From Nemertoderma westbladi (Eukaryota > Animalia > Xenacoelomorpha): a stretch of DNA of 41,400 nt. Both the position numbers and the translations under genes were made by a program. Below, in pieces: positions 20,721 to 33,926 of this stretch. Position 1 is the stretch's first letter. Each line of letters starts with the position of its first letter. The notes under the pieces were generated by a model. It was not told the DNA's origin, did not search any database, and saw only the letters and a list, made by a program, of their open reading frames with translations. The stretch covers positions 1 through 41,400 of the forward strand of contig JAUCBJ010004940.1 in assembly GCA_032718475.1 (NCBI GenBank), written 5' to 3'.

Positions 20721-23700
20721 ACTAACCCACTATTACTATATATGTGACAGGTACGGTACCCGGTAGGCTTCCCTACATAGTTTGTTATGCAGTACCGCAA
20801 CAGCAGTACACAACAAATGATAGGCCTACATGATAAGTACTACTTGAGTGTGTTCGGGTGTGTTCTTGTGTGTTCGCTTGTGTTCAGTAAAAATAACTAT
20901 CCAAAATTACAAGTAGAGATGAAATTTTCATAAAATTTGACAGTAACAATTTTCGGCTAATTGTTTTTCAATACAGGTTTTTTGGTGCGTAAAATCCATT
21001 GGAAAATATTAAAAAATAATCTGATTAGTATAAATGGCTGTTTTAGTCCTCTATGAAGTCCACAATGAAAAAAAACAAGTAACCAGCACTTTTCAGTTTG
21101 AACACAAAATTTTTAATTCACTTATACGATACCATAATTTAACATTTTCAGGTTTTCTGGGGCGCTGAGTCGAATGGAATACATTTCTAAGTTGTTAGAT
21201 CATTGCTAATCGAATTTTTCGGCGTAATTTGGCAAATTTTGGTGCTAGCACCAAATTTCGTACCCATCACCAAAAAGTACAGGTTTGAGATGAACAGTAC
21301 GGTTTTTATTGATTCAATCGGATTTAGGACCCACCAAAACCCCTATAACGCAAGAAACAAGATGATACTATATATTGATCAATATGCTTATTTCCAAAAA
21401 TTTGGTGCTGATGACTCAACAATTTTCACCCACCGGCGAAAAATACAAGTTTGAAAACTCTTCTGCAATATTTACTTGTTCCATTGAATTCAGAACCCTC
21501 ACAAACCCGTATAATGCTTAAAACAAGGTGACACAATCAATTAATATATTTGATGGTTTTCAAAATTTGGTGCTAGCACCAAATTCCGAAAAACTCACTT
21601 CCGAAAAACTCACTTCCGAAAAAAGTTTGAGATGCCTGGTTAGATAATCTAAACATCTAAAACGCGAGAAATAAGTTGTCACAAGCAATTGAACTATTGA
21701 ATGGATTTTCTTATATTGTGCTTCACTATAAAATTATTGGCGTTGGAGTGGCGTGGTGGAATTAAAAATGTAATGAAGCCAGAAATGAGCTATGAAATCC
21801 ATTTAGAAATGTTAGTAATTGAAATAGTTGGGTATTAATTAACTATTAATTAAGTAAGTAAAACTCGGAAAACATACCCAATGAGAAGATAATCTAAACT
21901 AAATAGAATGGAGTAACAGAAACTATTTCTAGCTTAGATTAATGTGAATGCAGACGATCCATAATAAACAGCCCATTTATAAAGGATTCCAGGAAGGATT
22001 GGTTGAATTCAACCAGAACCCAACATTTATTTGAGTCCAACACAGTTCAAAGCGACTTCTAAAAATAAACTGTCTAGACAGCCTTCGCCCCATGACATTA
22101 CTGTATAAATTACGACATCTGGTGGCCACAGTTTATCAGAGTGAGTGAGCTCTGAGCCAATGGGAGCTGCTATTGGTGTGCGCTGCTGTAATATTAATGG
22201 GACTATTATTCCGCACTGCATCGCTCAGCCATACACTGCCGATCATAGATAAAATACAGATTAACGCAATACAGACAGACGAATAGCAGCCAATACACCC
22301 GCTCAGATAATACTTATCAGTACAGTCAACAGGGCAGAACAAATAATTTATAGTGCAATTGCGTTACGTCATAGTCTGAATCCGACCGAAAAAAAAATTC
22401 GAAAAAATATACTGGGGTTTTTTATTTTGCAGCTCACCAAAATTACAAGTAGTGAATAATTTTCATAAAATTGTAAAGTTACAATTTTCGGCTAATTGTT
22501 TTTCAATATAGGTTTTTACGGTATATCGTAAGAATAACCGTAAGAATAATAATAATATTTGAACTGAGAATCATTCATCAGTCAAAAGATCTTTGGGTTT
22601 ATGCATGTAAAGTCCCATACTTTACCAAAAAATAGTGAAATTTTTAATTTATACACAGAGAAGTAGTCTAACTCAGCCCAATCACCCAGTGGAATGCAAA
22701 GCACGTTTGTGTTGCGTCATCATCTTAATTAAGAAACAATAAACTGTAGTTTCATAATCTACTCCCTCAGAAACACCATGACGGCCAATTTAAAATTGTC
22801 CCATACTTTACCATTATAATGGTGATTACATTTTAGTGCGCTGTATTAATATGTAATATATGAAACCTGGAGGGCAGGTGTGTTATAATGCTTTAGGGTG
22901 ATAGCATAGAAGTATCGAAGTATGTATTTGAACTAAGAATCATTCCTCAGTTAACTAATCTTTGAGTTTATGCATGTAAATTCCTGTACTTTACAACAAA
23001 TTTCAAAAAAAGTAGTTTTTTAGCAGATAAGAAGATCGGTAAGTACAGTAATTGATACATTTTCAGAAAAATGGAAAGAATTTCTAGTGTACCAAGTTTG
23101 GATATATTTCATCAATGATTGGCGGACTTATTTCGGTTTTTATCAAAATTTTGAAACTATCGGTACCAACAGAGAGACTGTCTGATATGTGACCTTTGAT
23201 TCCTTAAATCTCAGATTATTTCCAAACTTTTGACAGACATCATACGTACCAGGTTTGGTTTAATTTCATCTATAAATGACTGAGTTATACAATATTAGCG
23301 ATCAAAAATTAGACAGATGACAGACAACTCCTAAATGGCCCCCGTATGCTAAGACTTCGGGTCAATTTGTGGGTCGCCCCACATTTTGCATCCATATCTT
23401 GGTTGGAAATACTTAGTTGCACTTTATTTTCACTAATTATCCAGAAATTACTGTTAGGTTAAGTGTAAGAGACCATTTTGACCATAAAATTCGTACAGGT
23501 CCCGTACTTTACCTAGCAAAGCAATGTCCCATACTTTACTACACAAAACACATTGTAAAAAATTAGCAATGTAGCAATTCGTCTGATATTTATATTTTTA
23601 TTTAAGCTTAATAATACAGCTTTATCCTAAACATCAACTCAACACCACCGTACCTGCGCACAATTCGCTAAATTTTAGAATTGAAATCATAAAATCTTTT

Positions 23701-23792
23701 AATTTAAAAAACCAGTCGGAAAAAATACATTTCGTACGAATCCGTACTTTACCTTAATTGGACAAGCTGGTGTTTTCTCAAAAGTGACTAAG

Positions 23793-25030
23793 TGTAAAAG
23801 CTTTTGCGGGATATAACTGGCCCTTTTCTCCGCAATGTACTGTGTAAGGTGTTTTTAGAGGACATAACTAGCGATTTATCCGCTGTGTCTGCATGTGTGC
23901 TTTAGCGGACATAAAAAGACAGTTTTCCCACAATGCGCTCAAATACTCTAAAACTACCTAACTCAAATGACGCAATCTACCAACCGATTTGCTGTACGCC
24001 TATAGGCTCTTTGTTCTGTTCGATCTACCAATCAGAACAATGATCCACCAATCAGAGCGATTTCGCCTTGTGTTGAATATGGGCTGCAAAAACCCGAATA
24101 GTTCGGCATTTAGACATTCGTGGAACCTACAGAATCTGGAACTCGGCCAATGAGAGCTGTTTCTCTTTGTGTTGAAAGATACCTACAACAGCCCAGAGGG
24201 ATCAGTTGTGTTAGTTTTCCCGAGCCTAGAAGACCGGCTTTGGAATCTCTGTGTTTTCAGGCTTTAGCCCTACATTAGTAGGCTTAATTATAGAACGTAT
24301 ATCTGTTATCTTAACTAATCATACCATACCAAATCACATATCATAACAATTTATACCTTAACATTTTACTGCTATTTACTGTCGGTTATTCATTATATCA
24401 GTTGATGGAATATTATTATATTTGGAATATCTATAAATAATTACAAAACCCTCAATCTTCTTGATATACTGAAGGTAAGAGAGACCGGTTACATATAACG
24501 ATTGCGACTTACATTAAAGTGGTTTTGAAGTGAATCTAATGCTATAGGCACTACATGTATTGGTTGTTGTTCTCTTTATATGTGACTAAAATTAGTAAAG
24601 GTCGGCAGATCGGTGTGCAGCACTGTGCAGTATTGTGTATGATTGTGACTGATATCAAAGCATCTCCTAAAGAATGCGCTATATACGTGAATCCATAGCC
24701 ATCCCGTTGTGTCTAGTTTAAGTCATAACTCTGTTTACATATTTAGAGCGCCACGTCCTAAAGGAACTGTTAATATTTCCCGAAAGTGAATAATATTTGT
24801 CAGAGATTATATATTACGATCAGTCGAATAATACAGTAGGCCTACACCGCAATAAGGTTAAGCTTCCGAATCCAGTCTCCCGGGTATATCCAGCGGGTGA
24901 ATGGTCGCGCATAGACTGGCTTCGGCTAATGTAGTGTATCAAATACTCGTCATAGGCTAAAGTCGATTTATTATCTAGAAGACATCCCAATTTGGCAGGT
25001 TAAACTGCTAAAGGTCTGAAAGCGCGAACA
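23793..25030 (+). mobile_element. Solo LTR of the same BEL family (1238 bp, diverged variant)
   Basis: TGTAAAAG...GCGCGAACA with 5-bp TSD CTAAG (23788-23792 / 25031-25035). A single CTAAG marks the empty site in copy A. Confidence 0.95.
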
Positions 25031-25189
25031 CTAAGTCCCGCCATAAGCTTCGCGAAATCAAAGCTGCTATTCGAAAGTTCAATCCAAGCACAATTTTGTG
25101 CACATATGTGCTGTGGATAACATTGTACAGGCAATCAAAGTTCAAAATTGTGTACGAATGTCCCGTACTTTACTTTGGAATGAGCCTAT

Positions 25190-25322
25190 AGAGTGTCGTA
25201 TCGGCTTCCACTGAGTGATCCCAGGTTCGAATCCGACCCGACGCTGATGAGACTCAATAAGGTATAGAAACGACTACGTGGTTTAGAAAGATAAGAGATA
25301 TGAATTTCATTATATTTGTACA
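25190..25322 (+). mobile_element. tRNA-derived SINE-like repeat with a degenerate hammerhead-like core, copy 3
   Basis: GGTTCGAATCC followed by CTGATGAGACTCAATAAGGTATAGAAAC. Paralog of 1101-1232. Confidence 0.55.
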
Positions 25323-25329
25323 CGTCTTA

Positions 25330-26120
25330 CGGTGGTGAGATTTAACTGCAGATTTAAAAGAATGTTGATTATTTAGGTTTTTAATTTCATTAGGCAGAGC
25401 GTTCCAATTTTTAATGCCGTTAAAAAAGAAAGTATCAGATTCGAAGGATTTACAATTCGGGAGGTAAAAGTTTGAAGCACTACTAGCTCTGGTACTGTAA
25501 GAGTGTGTATCGCGTACTCTGTTGAATTTTTGTTTTAGGTAATTGGGACATTTACCATTATACACTTTATGCACATGGTTAAGGCGTAGCTGCTTAACTC
25601 TACTATCTAAGTTAAGTAGTCCAGATTCAGAAAAGTCACCTGGAGTTAGGTGGTGCCTAAGGTTTGTAGTCTTTAAATAAATCGTACTACTTTATTCTGA
25701 GCTACTTGTAATTTACATTTAAGTTGTTTGGTTAAGCCTTCATACCAAGAAGAGCATGAATAGTCCATGTGACACTGTATTAAAGAAGAGCAAAGTAACT
25801 TGCGGGAGTCGGTGTTTAAACTATTTTTATTTCTGTATAGAAACCTAAGCCTACTGTTAACTTTCGAGAAAATATTTTTTGCTGTACTTTCTCCTGATAA
25901 GCCGTTATCCAATTTGGCGCCTAAATATTTAACTTCCTTTTTATTTTCAATCTATGTCCATTACTAGTGACTTCAAACTTAGTTACCTTCTTTAACTTTC
26001 TTTTGGAACCAGACAAAATAGTTTCAGTCTTACCGTAGTTAATGGATAGCTTATTATCAACCAACCACTCATTACAGGATTCTAGAACTGCACTTAACTT
26101 TTGGGAACTATAGATTGGAT
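25330..26120 (-). pseudogene. L2/CR1-group LINE ORF2 C-terminal fragment (duplicate of 1240-2030)
   Basis: ORFs 25673-25912 and 25254-25574, with frameshifts that differ from copy A. Confidence 0.9.
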
Positions 26121-26855
26121 CGGTTGTGTTTCATCCTGTCTGGTTCGGTCCTTTTCAAGAGGTTTTCGATAAAGTTCTGTCCAGTTCGGTTCAGATTTGT
26201 CTAAATTACTTTCAGCTATTTTTACATTGAGTTTCTGTGATAAACATCGGAAATGTATCTATAGTATAGTCAAATATTACAAATTCATCAATATTTGTTT
26301 AATAAGGGGATCATTACCTCAAATCTATTTTTTATGAAGCTACTATTCTGAATTTTATAACAAGATGATCTGTGATCTATTACTAAAAGAAAAAACTGAG
26401 TATGGATATTCGTAAACCCGTTTGTTCGAAAAATATGGCACTTTTTGTGCAGATTGTATAAATTTCGAAGATTTTATATGTAAAATATCTCATGTTTAAG
26501 GATCAGTAATGTAAGGGAACTCCTCCAGTAAAGGTCACTAGAGAGGGATATCTTTTGTCAGGTGGGTGGGATACTCGAAAGACCCTTATCCGATCCCTTA
26601 GGCGCTTCCCTATAGTACAGTATAATGCCCTTCCCACGTGACTTCCGGTTTCGTTCAGGGAACCTGCTGTTGGTCAACCAGTTGTAAGTTATGTGGCGGT
26701 AAACTGAAACAACTGCCAAAAATATACTTTTTCACTGTAACTCGTTCTGCTCGGTCAATACCGGTACTCGACGTCGACACAGCAGCCTACACCCAGCACT
26801 GACATACAGACATACACAGGTTCATTTATTATTAATTGACAATTATTACTGTATT

Positions 26856-27182
26856 ATGGCACTACTCGTGGTAATGGCGGTTCTCGTTGTGGTTGGTCGA
26901 TTGCTGGCGGCAGATGGAATTCCTGTGAGAAAGGATCCGGTGAGCCTTCAACCAATTCCCGTATTGGATGTCTTCACAGTGTTCCAAATCAACGGAGAAT
27001 ATCGTGGCTGGCGACGACCAACTGTGGCAGAACTCTGGACAATGAACGGTGTGAGTCTCTTTGTTCGAAGTAGGAGGAATGCTGGTCCAGTGAGATTTAG
27101 TGGGTGGACTTCCCAACTCTGCGCGTTGATTCTTGCTGGAGATGTCGAGGTAAATCCAGGGCCTAGCAGGACGATGAAGTAA
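26856..27182 (+). CDS. LINE N-terminal leader ending in a 2A-like (StopGo) peptide
   Basis: Hydrophobic N-terminus MALLVVMAVLVVVG. LILAGDVEVNPGP matches D(V/I)ExNPGP at 27138-27164. Confidence 0.75.
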   Translation: MALLVVMAVLVVVGRLLAADGIPVRKDPVSLQPIPVLDVFTVFQINGEYRGWRRPTVAELWTMNGVSLFVRSRRNAGPVRFSGWTSQLCALILAGDVEVNPGPSRTMK

Positions 27183-28468
27183 ACACGGTGATATGTAAAC
27201 ACGGAGCAAACTCACGAAGCAAGATCGTTGAGTGCGAGAAATGTGTCACTTTTTCCCATGCCAAGTGCTACCGTAGGTCTTTAAATAAATATTCCACCCT
27301 CAGAAACAGTAACAGCCCAATTTATTTTTGTAACAGTTGTATTCTATCTGAACTCCAATTTTTTGAAGATTCCTTAGATAAAGAACTTGACGAACCTATC
27401 GCCTCACCCTTGCAACAACCAAGTGAGGCAGAGGGTGATACCTTCCAATATTTTAAGAGAAATGGCTTACATTTTCTACATCTAAACGTGCGTTCTTTGC
27501 TTCCAAAAATATCGTCGGAACTTAAAATTCTATCAGTTAATACGAACGCCGCAATAATCACAATTTCCGAAACATGGCTGGATGATACTGTTTCTGACGG
27601 TGAGGTACACATTAATAACTATGTAATTGTACGCAAGGATAGGAATAGGGATGGAGGTGGGGTGTGTATGAGGTGTACACAGGGGTGTGGGGGGTGTACA
27701 TCAGGAATGACTTAGCTTTTAATCGTAGAGAAGAATTAGAGACTTGCGATGAGATTTTACTGCTCGAAATTTTACTACCAAAAACTAATCCAATTATTAT
27801 CGCTAGCGTTTACAGGCCGCCAAAACAAGATAATTTTTTAGAAAATCTAGAAAATAAAATCTTAGTGAATCTTAGGTCTGACTGTGAAATTTATTTATTA
27901 GGAGATTTTAATATTTGTTGTCATCAAAAAGCCTCAGCTATATAAAGAAAATAGAAAATATCAAAGTGTTCTGAATTTATTTGGTTTAAAACAATTAATA
28001 AGTGAATCAACTAGAATTACAAGTAAAACTTCCACCCTATTAGATCATATTGTTATTAATAATAGTGATATTGTATCTCAGTCCGGTGTTTTATCTATAG
28101 GTGTAAGTGATCACTTTATTGTTTTTTGTACAAGGAAATCTCAAAAGTCTTTTTTTGGGGAACATAATACTGTCAAAATATAGTCTTTAAAGAACTACAG
28201 TAAGCAACAATTTATAAATATTTTAACTAACTCCAACTGGGAACCATGTTTTAAGGCAACTAATATTAACCTTGCTTTTGCAATTTTAAAAATTTCTTTT
28301 TGAACGCTCTTGATTCTGTATCACCCATTAAAGAAGTTCACTTAAAACAAAGAACAGAACCGTGGATGACTGCTAATATTCTTAAGATTATAAAGGATAG
28401 GGATTGCTTATTGTATAGATTTAGAAAATATGGTATTTTAGCTGATTATAATAATTACTGTAGGTTAA

Positions 28469-30311
28469 CCCTTTCCGGCCTGAATTAATTTAATTTAGGA
28501 AAAAAAATTGGTTGGTCTTGTTAATGGGTTAATTTTACACCAAATAATAATTTTCGATGAAAAAATTTTCAAAAAATTATTTCCAATGTTGTTTTTTTTA
28601 TTGTATACAAAAGTATACGTCAGGTATATGAAACATGTTCCCAATGTATACTTTTGTATACGAACTCTAGATTGTACGTACTTACTTACATACATACAAA
28701 CATACATCGTATAGTAAGTATATTCTATATATATATATATATATATATAATAGAGAATAAACAAAACATGCAACGAGCAAGCAATTTTAATGAAAAAAAT
28801 TTAAATTATGTTTTTTCGGATTGAAAAGCAGCTGTCAATACTTTGAAATTTGCCAAAATGCCAAAATTTTATAATTTTGTGTGTTTTCACAACACACGTT
28901 GTTTAAAAGCAACACAGTGCGACAAAAATTTAAAATGAAGAATTATACAGTGAATGTTTTTTTCTGTCAGTTTTTTTCAAGTTTGAAAAAAACAGTTTCG
29001 ACTAACTTTTTTCAACTGTTTGTATGTCTATCTGCCCTGCCTGTTTACTGTGGGTGTACAACATCTACTCCCCAACGGTGGCTGCACCACATCTAATCCC
29101 CAATGGTTGCTGAATCATATCTACTCCCATGGCCCAATGGTTAACATCTACTCCATATGGTGGCTACACCACATCTACTCCCCAATGGTCAACATTTACT
29201 CCATATGGTGGCTACACCACATCTTCTCATCAATGCTGAGCATCTACTCCACTATGGTTGCTGCACCACATCTACTCATCAATGGTGGCTGCACCACATC
29301 TACTCCCCAATGGTGGCTGAATCACATCTACTACCAAGGCCCAATGGTTAACATCTACTCCACTATGGTGGCTGCACCACATCTACTCATCAATGGTCAG
29401 CATCTACTCCCTAATGGACAATGGTGGCTGCACCACATCTACTCATCAATGGTGGCTGCACCAGATTTTCTCTCCAATGGTGGCTGCACCTTATCTACAC
29501 CCCTACGGTGGTGGATGTACCACATCTACTCCCCAATAGTGGCTGCATCACATCTACTCCCAAGGCCCAATGGTCAACATCTACACCCCTATGGTGGCTA
29601 CGCCACATCTACTCCCCAATGGAGGCTGTTCCACATCTACTCTCCAATGGCGACTGCACCACATCTATCCACAATGTTGGCTGCATCACCTCTACGATCC
29701 TATGGTCAACATCTACTCCCCATGGTGGCTGCACCACATCTAGGCCTACACACACCCCAATGGTGGAAGCACAACATGGCTGAATCACATCTACGCCCCA
29801 ACGGTGCTGCATCACAATGGTGGAAGCACAACATGGCTGAATCACATCTACTCCCCAACGGTGCTGCACCACATCTACTCCACAACTGTGGCTGCACCAC
29901 TTCTACTCCCCAACTTTATAAACCTAACGTAGACAAATGTATACAGTGGTTTATCAATAACACTACCAGCCTACCTGTACTGTAAACTTTATCCTGGAAG
30001 TATTATTATCTCATTGGACAATCCATCTTTGGAATACCCAATCAAAATTCTCAATATCGCTTTGCCAAAGCATTTAAATAACCATCTTTCCTATGCCAGG
30101 TAGTCATCATGTCAATACCTGAAAACACGGCATCTAAAATCGTTCATTGAAGCCTTCTACTACAATTATCCAATCAGAATCGGTAATTTATAAGTAAAGG
30201 AAGTGTGATAGTGCCTCAATTGGATGAAACCAAATATAATTAGTTAAAATTATGCAATTCGTAGTGACATAAATTCAGTGTATACAAAAATATACAGTCG
30301 GCCGGAAAGGG
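28469..30311. mobile_element. Non-autonomous piggyBac-type element nested in the LINE
   Basis: TTAA TSD (28465-28468 / 30312-30315) and perfect 12-bp TIR CCCTTTCCGGCC. The LINE frame YCRL|RNLV rejoins across it. Confidence 0.93.
29050..29912. repeat. Minisatellite, consensus about GGTGGCTGCACCACATCTACTCCCCAAT (28 bp) with shorter variants
   Basis: About 30 degenerate tandem units sharing CATCTACTC, inside the piggyBac-type element. Confidence 0.92.
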
Positions 30312-30327
30312 TTAAGGAACTTAGTAC

Positions 30328-30579
30328 TTAATTTCGTTGTAATGTTATTTATTTATAACACCAAATACTGTACTCACGTATATTAACATTGTTCTACCCT
30401 AATTAATTTAATCTATCTTAATGTTATCTTCGTACAGATGAATGTATGTTTACCTGAATACGTTTATAAGTAAATGTGAACCTTTTTGGACTAAATGCCT
30501 GCGAACCGCTATTTATATTTTGTTTATTGTTATATATTATTCCATTTTAGTCAATAATATAATCTAATCTAATCTAATC
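30328..30579 (+). mobile_element. Short 5'-truncated retroposon 3' end with an (AATCT)n tail, nested in the LINE
   Basis: Interrupts ...RNLV|QREIKKAK..., is flanked by TAC, and ends TAATCTAATCTAATCTAATC. Confidence 0.7.
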
Positions 30580-30582
30580 TAC

Positions 30583-32467
30583 AGCGTGAAATTAAAAAAG
30601 CAAAATCCGAATTTTTGTACAACAAAATTGATGAAAATAAGGATAATCCAAAATCACTTTGGACGACATTAAAATCTTTAGGGTATAAAAGCACAAATTC
30701 AAAATCGAATATAGTCTTGCAGGAAAACGGGGAGCTCATTCATGAGCCTAAGATTATAAGTAATTTATTCAATAACTATTTCATTAATGTAGCCTCGAAT
30801 CTTGTCCAAAAATTGCCAATTGCTAAAAATAAATACAGTCTAAATTCGGAAATACTATACAAATTTTACTCGGAAAAGGTTAAGAATTCTCCAAAGTTAT
30901 TTTTACAGCCTGTCTCAGAAGCTTATGTATTGAAAAATCTTGTCAGTATTTCGTCATCTAAAAGTACTGGACTGGACCAGATTCCAGCAAGGTTTCTTAA
31001 GGATGGTGCGGAAGTGCTAAAGATTCCTATTACTTACATAATTAACTACTCAATTTTAGAAAATGTAGTCCCGGATGATCTTAAATTGGCGAAGGTTGTT
31101 CCAATATTTAAAAAGAACAGTAAATTAGAAACCAGTAATTACAGGGCCATTAGTGTGTTAAGTATTGTATCCAAAATTCTTGAATGTTCAGTGTACACTC
31201 AGCTAGAGTTCCATCTTAACAAACTCAATTTAATATACGAATTTCAATCTGGCTTCCGTAAATCTTACTCTACAGATAGTTGTCTAATCAATTTGACGGA
31301 TAATATTAGGTGTAACAACGCGAAGGGATTGTATACCGGTATGGTTATGTTAGATTTACAGAAGGCCTTTGACACGGTTGATCACGAAATATTACTAGGA
31401 AAACTAGATCTTATGGGTGTGAGCTCAATTAATTGGTTCAGGTCATACTTATCAGATAGGGGTCAAGTTGTAGATATAAATAAAACTCAGTCCTCAGTTC
31501 AGAAAATTAAGTGTGGAGTACCGCAGGGTAGCATCTTAGGGCCGTTGCTCTTTGTATGTTACGTAAATGATATGATTAGTAGCATAGATCAGGACTTTAA
31601 ACTAATATTATAAGCTGATGATAGTGCATTAATCTTTTCTCACAGGGACCCGGACATAATTTGTGAAAAACTAGGCAAAGTTCTAGAATCCTGCAACGAA
31701 TGGCTCATCGATAATAAGCTTTCAATTCACTACGGCAAAACTGAAAATATTTTATTCGGCTCGAAAAGAAAATTAAACAAGTTCCGAAACTTTGAACTAA
31801 TTAGCAACGGCCACAAAATTGAAAATAAAAAAGAAGTTAAATACTTAGGCTCCAAATTGGATTGTAGTTTACCGGAGAAAGCATTGTTAAAAATATTATT
31901 GCAAAAGTTAATGGCAGACTAAAGTTTCTTTATCGACATAAAAATAGCCTAAATTTTAATTCTCGTAGGTTGCTTTCTTCATCTTTAATTCAATGTCATA
32001 TTGACTATGCAAGTTCATCTTGGTATGAAGGCTTAACTAAAAATCTCAAAAATAGGTTGCAAACAGCTCAAAACAAGGTAGTACGTTTTATTAATGATTA
32101 TAAACCACGTCACCAATTAACCCCTGGAGATTTTAATCAGTCTGGTTTAATTCAAATAGACAGTAGAGTAAAGCAGCTTCGGCTCAACCATGTACATAAA
32201 GTTTTCAATGATAACTGCCCTAAATACTTAAATCAAAAATTTACCAAACTGAGTGATACACATTCATACGGCACCAGAGCCAGCACATCAAATTTTTATG
32301 TTCCCAATTGTAAATCCTTTGAAAGCGAAACGTTTTTCTTTAATGGAATAAAGAATTGGAATTCCTTACCGAATAACATTAAAAATATTAAAAATGAACA
32401 TGCCTTTAAGTCTGCAGTAAAATCTCATCTCCAAGACCAGTGCAAATTCTTATATAGCAGTATTTAG
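30583..32467 (+). pseudogene. LINE reverse transcriptase region with a nonsense codon in YADD and a downstream frameshift
   Basis: ORF 30615-31613 ends LIL-TAA-GCT-GAT-GAT. A frameshift near 31870 leads to ORF 31970-32467. Confidence 0.92.
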
Positions 32468-32613
32468 TTTAGTTCAATATTAAATAGGTGCATGTGCAAT
32501 AATTAGTAATAATGATCAATTTTGTATTTCTTGTATCTTATTTAGTTTAAATTATATAATTATTCTATATATACAGTAGTTAGTTTAGTTTGTATTGGTA
32601 ACCAAGTAACTTG

Positions 32614-32659
32614 AAGGACCCCCTTGGAAATAAGCTGCAAAGCTTTAGGGGTTATCCTT
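32614..32659 (+). promoter_or_regulatory. 3' UTR stem-loop of the L2-type LINE (putative RT recognition signal)
   Basis: AAGGA-CCCCT...AAGC/GCTT...AGGGG-TCCTT pairing about 100 nt upstream of the tail. Confidence 0.55.
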
Positions 32660-32849
32660 TATGTTATGTTGGACAATACTTACTATACATTAATAATTTT
32701 ACTGAGTTAATGTATTGGTTTCTATTGTTTGCATAATATATAAATAAATCGATCTATCTATAACCATTGGCCTGTCAAGGATATGCGGTAGACCCCGGAT
32801 AATTGTATGTATTTAGATATTCATATTTATTTCAGTAATCTATTGAAAG

Positions 32850-33470
32850 ACTGTAAACCGTTACGAAAAAATGACGCCAAATCAAAACCTGTGCTCTACA
32901 AAGTCTACGACTATATGAAGGATGGAACCCACCAAGTTGATGAGCTTATAGGAAAATACTCCGGTAAAACCGAGAGTCGACGGACGGTGTGCTATGGTTG
33001 CTTTCTAGTATACGCTGGATTTACTGCACGATTCAAAGCGCAAACACTTGTGTTCTCAATAGTAAAGGAAACATTCGACCGGAGCAGTCGTTTTGCCAGG
33101 GCTAGGAATTCCAACATAGTAAGGCGCTCCAAATTTATTCTCCCGCTCTCTCCGTGTGATACAATAAAATTTATTTCGGGGTGACATAAAACTATGGAGG
33201 TAGCCCTCAACCCCGCGGTCAATAAACCTACAATCAAAGACGGCGTGGCAAACAAGCCCACAGCCAAGCTGGTCACGGGAGGCAACCACTCCATCCATTC
33301 CCCTTGCAATGCAACTCTTTGCTAATAAACTGGAAACCCGTTCGTTTAGGGAGAAGTTGGTGTTGGATACAAGGTAACTGAATCCACCAATTTATCTAAA
33401 GTAATCACTTGTAACTCGTGCGGCGTTCCCTTTTACCCATATGCAATAGTGATTGTTATGATTGCAAACC
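32850..33470 (+). pseudogene. Decayed piggyBac-like transposase C-terminal fragment (duplicate of 2690-3320)
   Basis: KPVLYKVYDYMKDGTHQVDELIGKYSGKTESRR. Confidence 0.65.
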
Positions 33471-33795
33471 ATTTTTTTTAATCTGGATTCCTTTTCATAT
33501 AATTGCATTATCAATACTTATTATTGTTTTTGTTTGATAATTGTTATTAAGTTTAATTATAATAATATATCATTGTTATTTATGTAACCGAATCCGCGTT
33601 TCTTTAAAATGCTATTTACAGTATTATCAAGTTTCATTATCAAGTATCATCAATTAATTTTCAAGGTTTTTTTTACATCGAAGGATAAGTTTTTTACCGA
33701 CAATAACTTTCATTTTTATTTTCAAAATTTTAGGACTAGTCCCATTACAATAAAACGGCAGCTAGCTTTGAAATTCATTCTTCAAATCTCTAGAA

Positions 33796-33926
33796 ATTGT
33801 TAACTCGGATTCCACTGAGAGGTCCCAGGTTCGAATCCGACCCGACGATGATGAGACTCAATAAGGTAGAAACGCCTGCGTGGTTTAGAAAGATATATGA
33901 GATATGAATTTCATTATATTTGTACA
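33796..33926 (+). mobile_element. tRNA-derived SINE-like repeat with a degenerate hammerhead-like core, copy 4
   Basis: Paralog of 3635-3766. Confidence 0.55.

Larger units (their letters stand above)
26683..32761 (+). mobile_element. Near full-length, inactivated L2/CR1-group LINE (leader-2A-PHD-APE-RT)
   Basis: Absent from copy A, with imperfect TSD AACCAGT/AACCATT. Motifs: GDVEVNPGP, PHD-like Cys/His cluster, LHLNVRSL, ISETWL, YRPP, GDFN, SDH, QSGFR, LDLQKAFDTV, GVPQGSILGP and (Y>stop)ADD. Ends with AATAAA and an (ATCT)n tail. Confidence 0.93.

Noticed and set aside
21950-22345. Moderately GC-rich patch with short ORFs as a possible exon
   Set aside because: Stops or short frames on both strands and no recognisable motif.
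29020-29985. 321-aa His/Trp-rich ORF and overlapping ORFs; possible CRISPR-like array
   Set aside because: All are translations of the 28-bp minisatellite. Units are contiguous with no unique spacers, and the context is eukaryotic.
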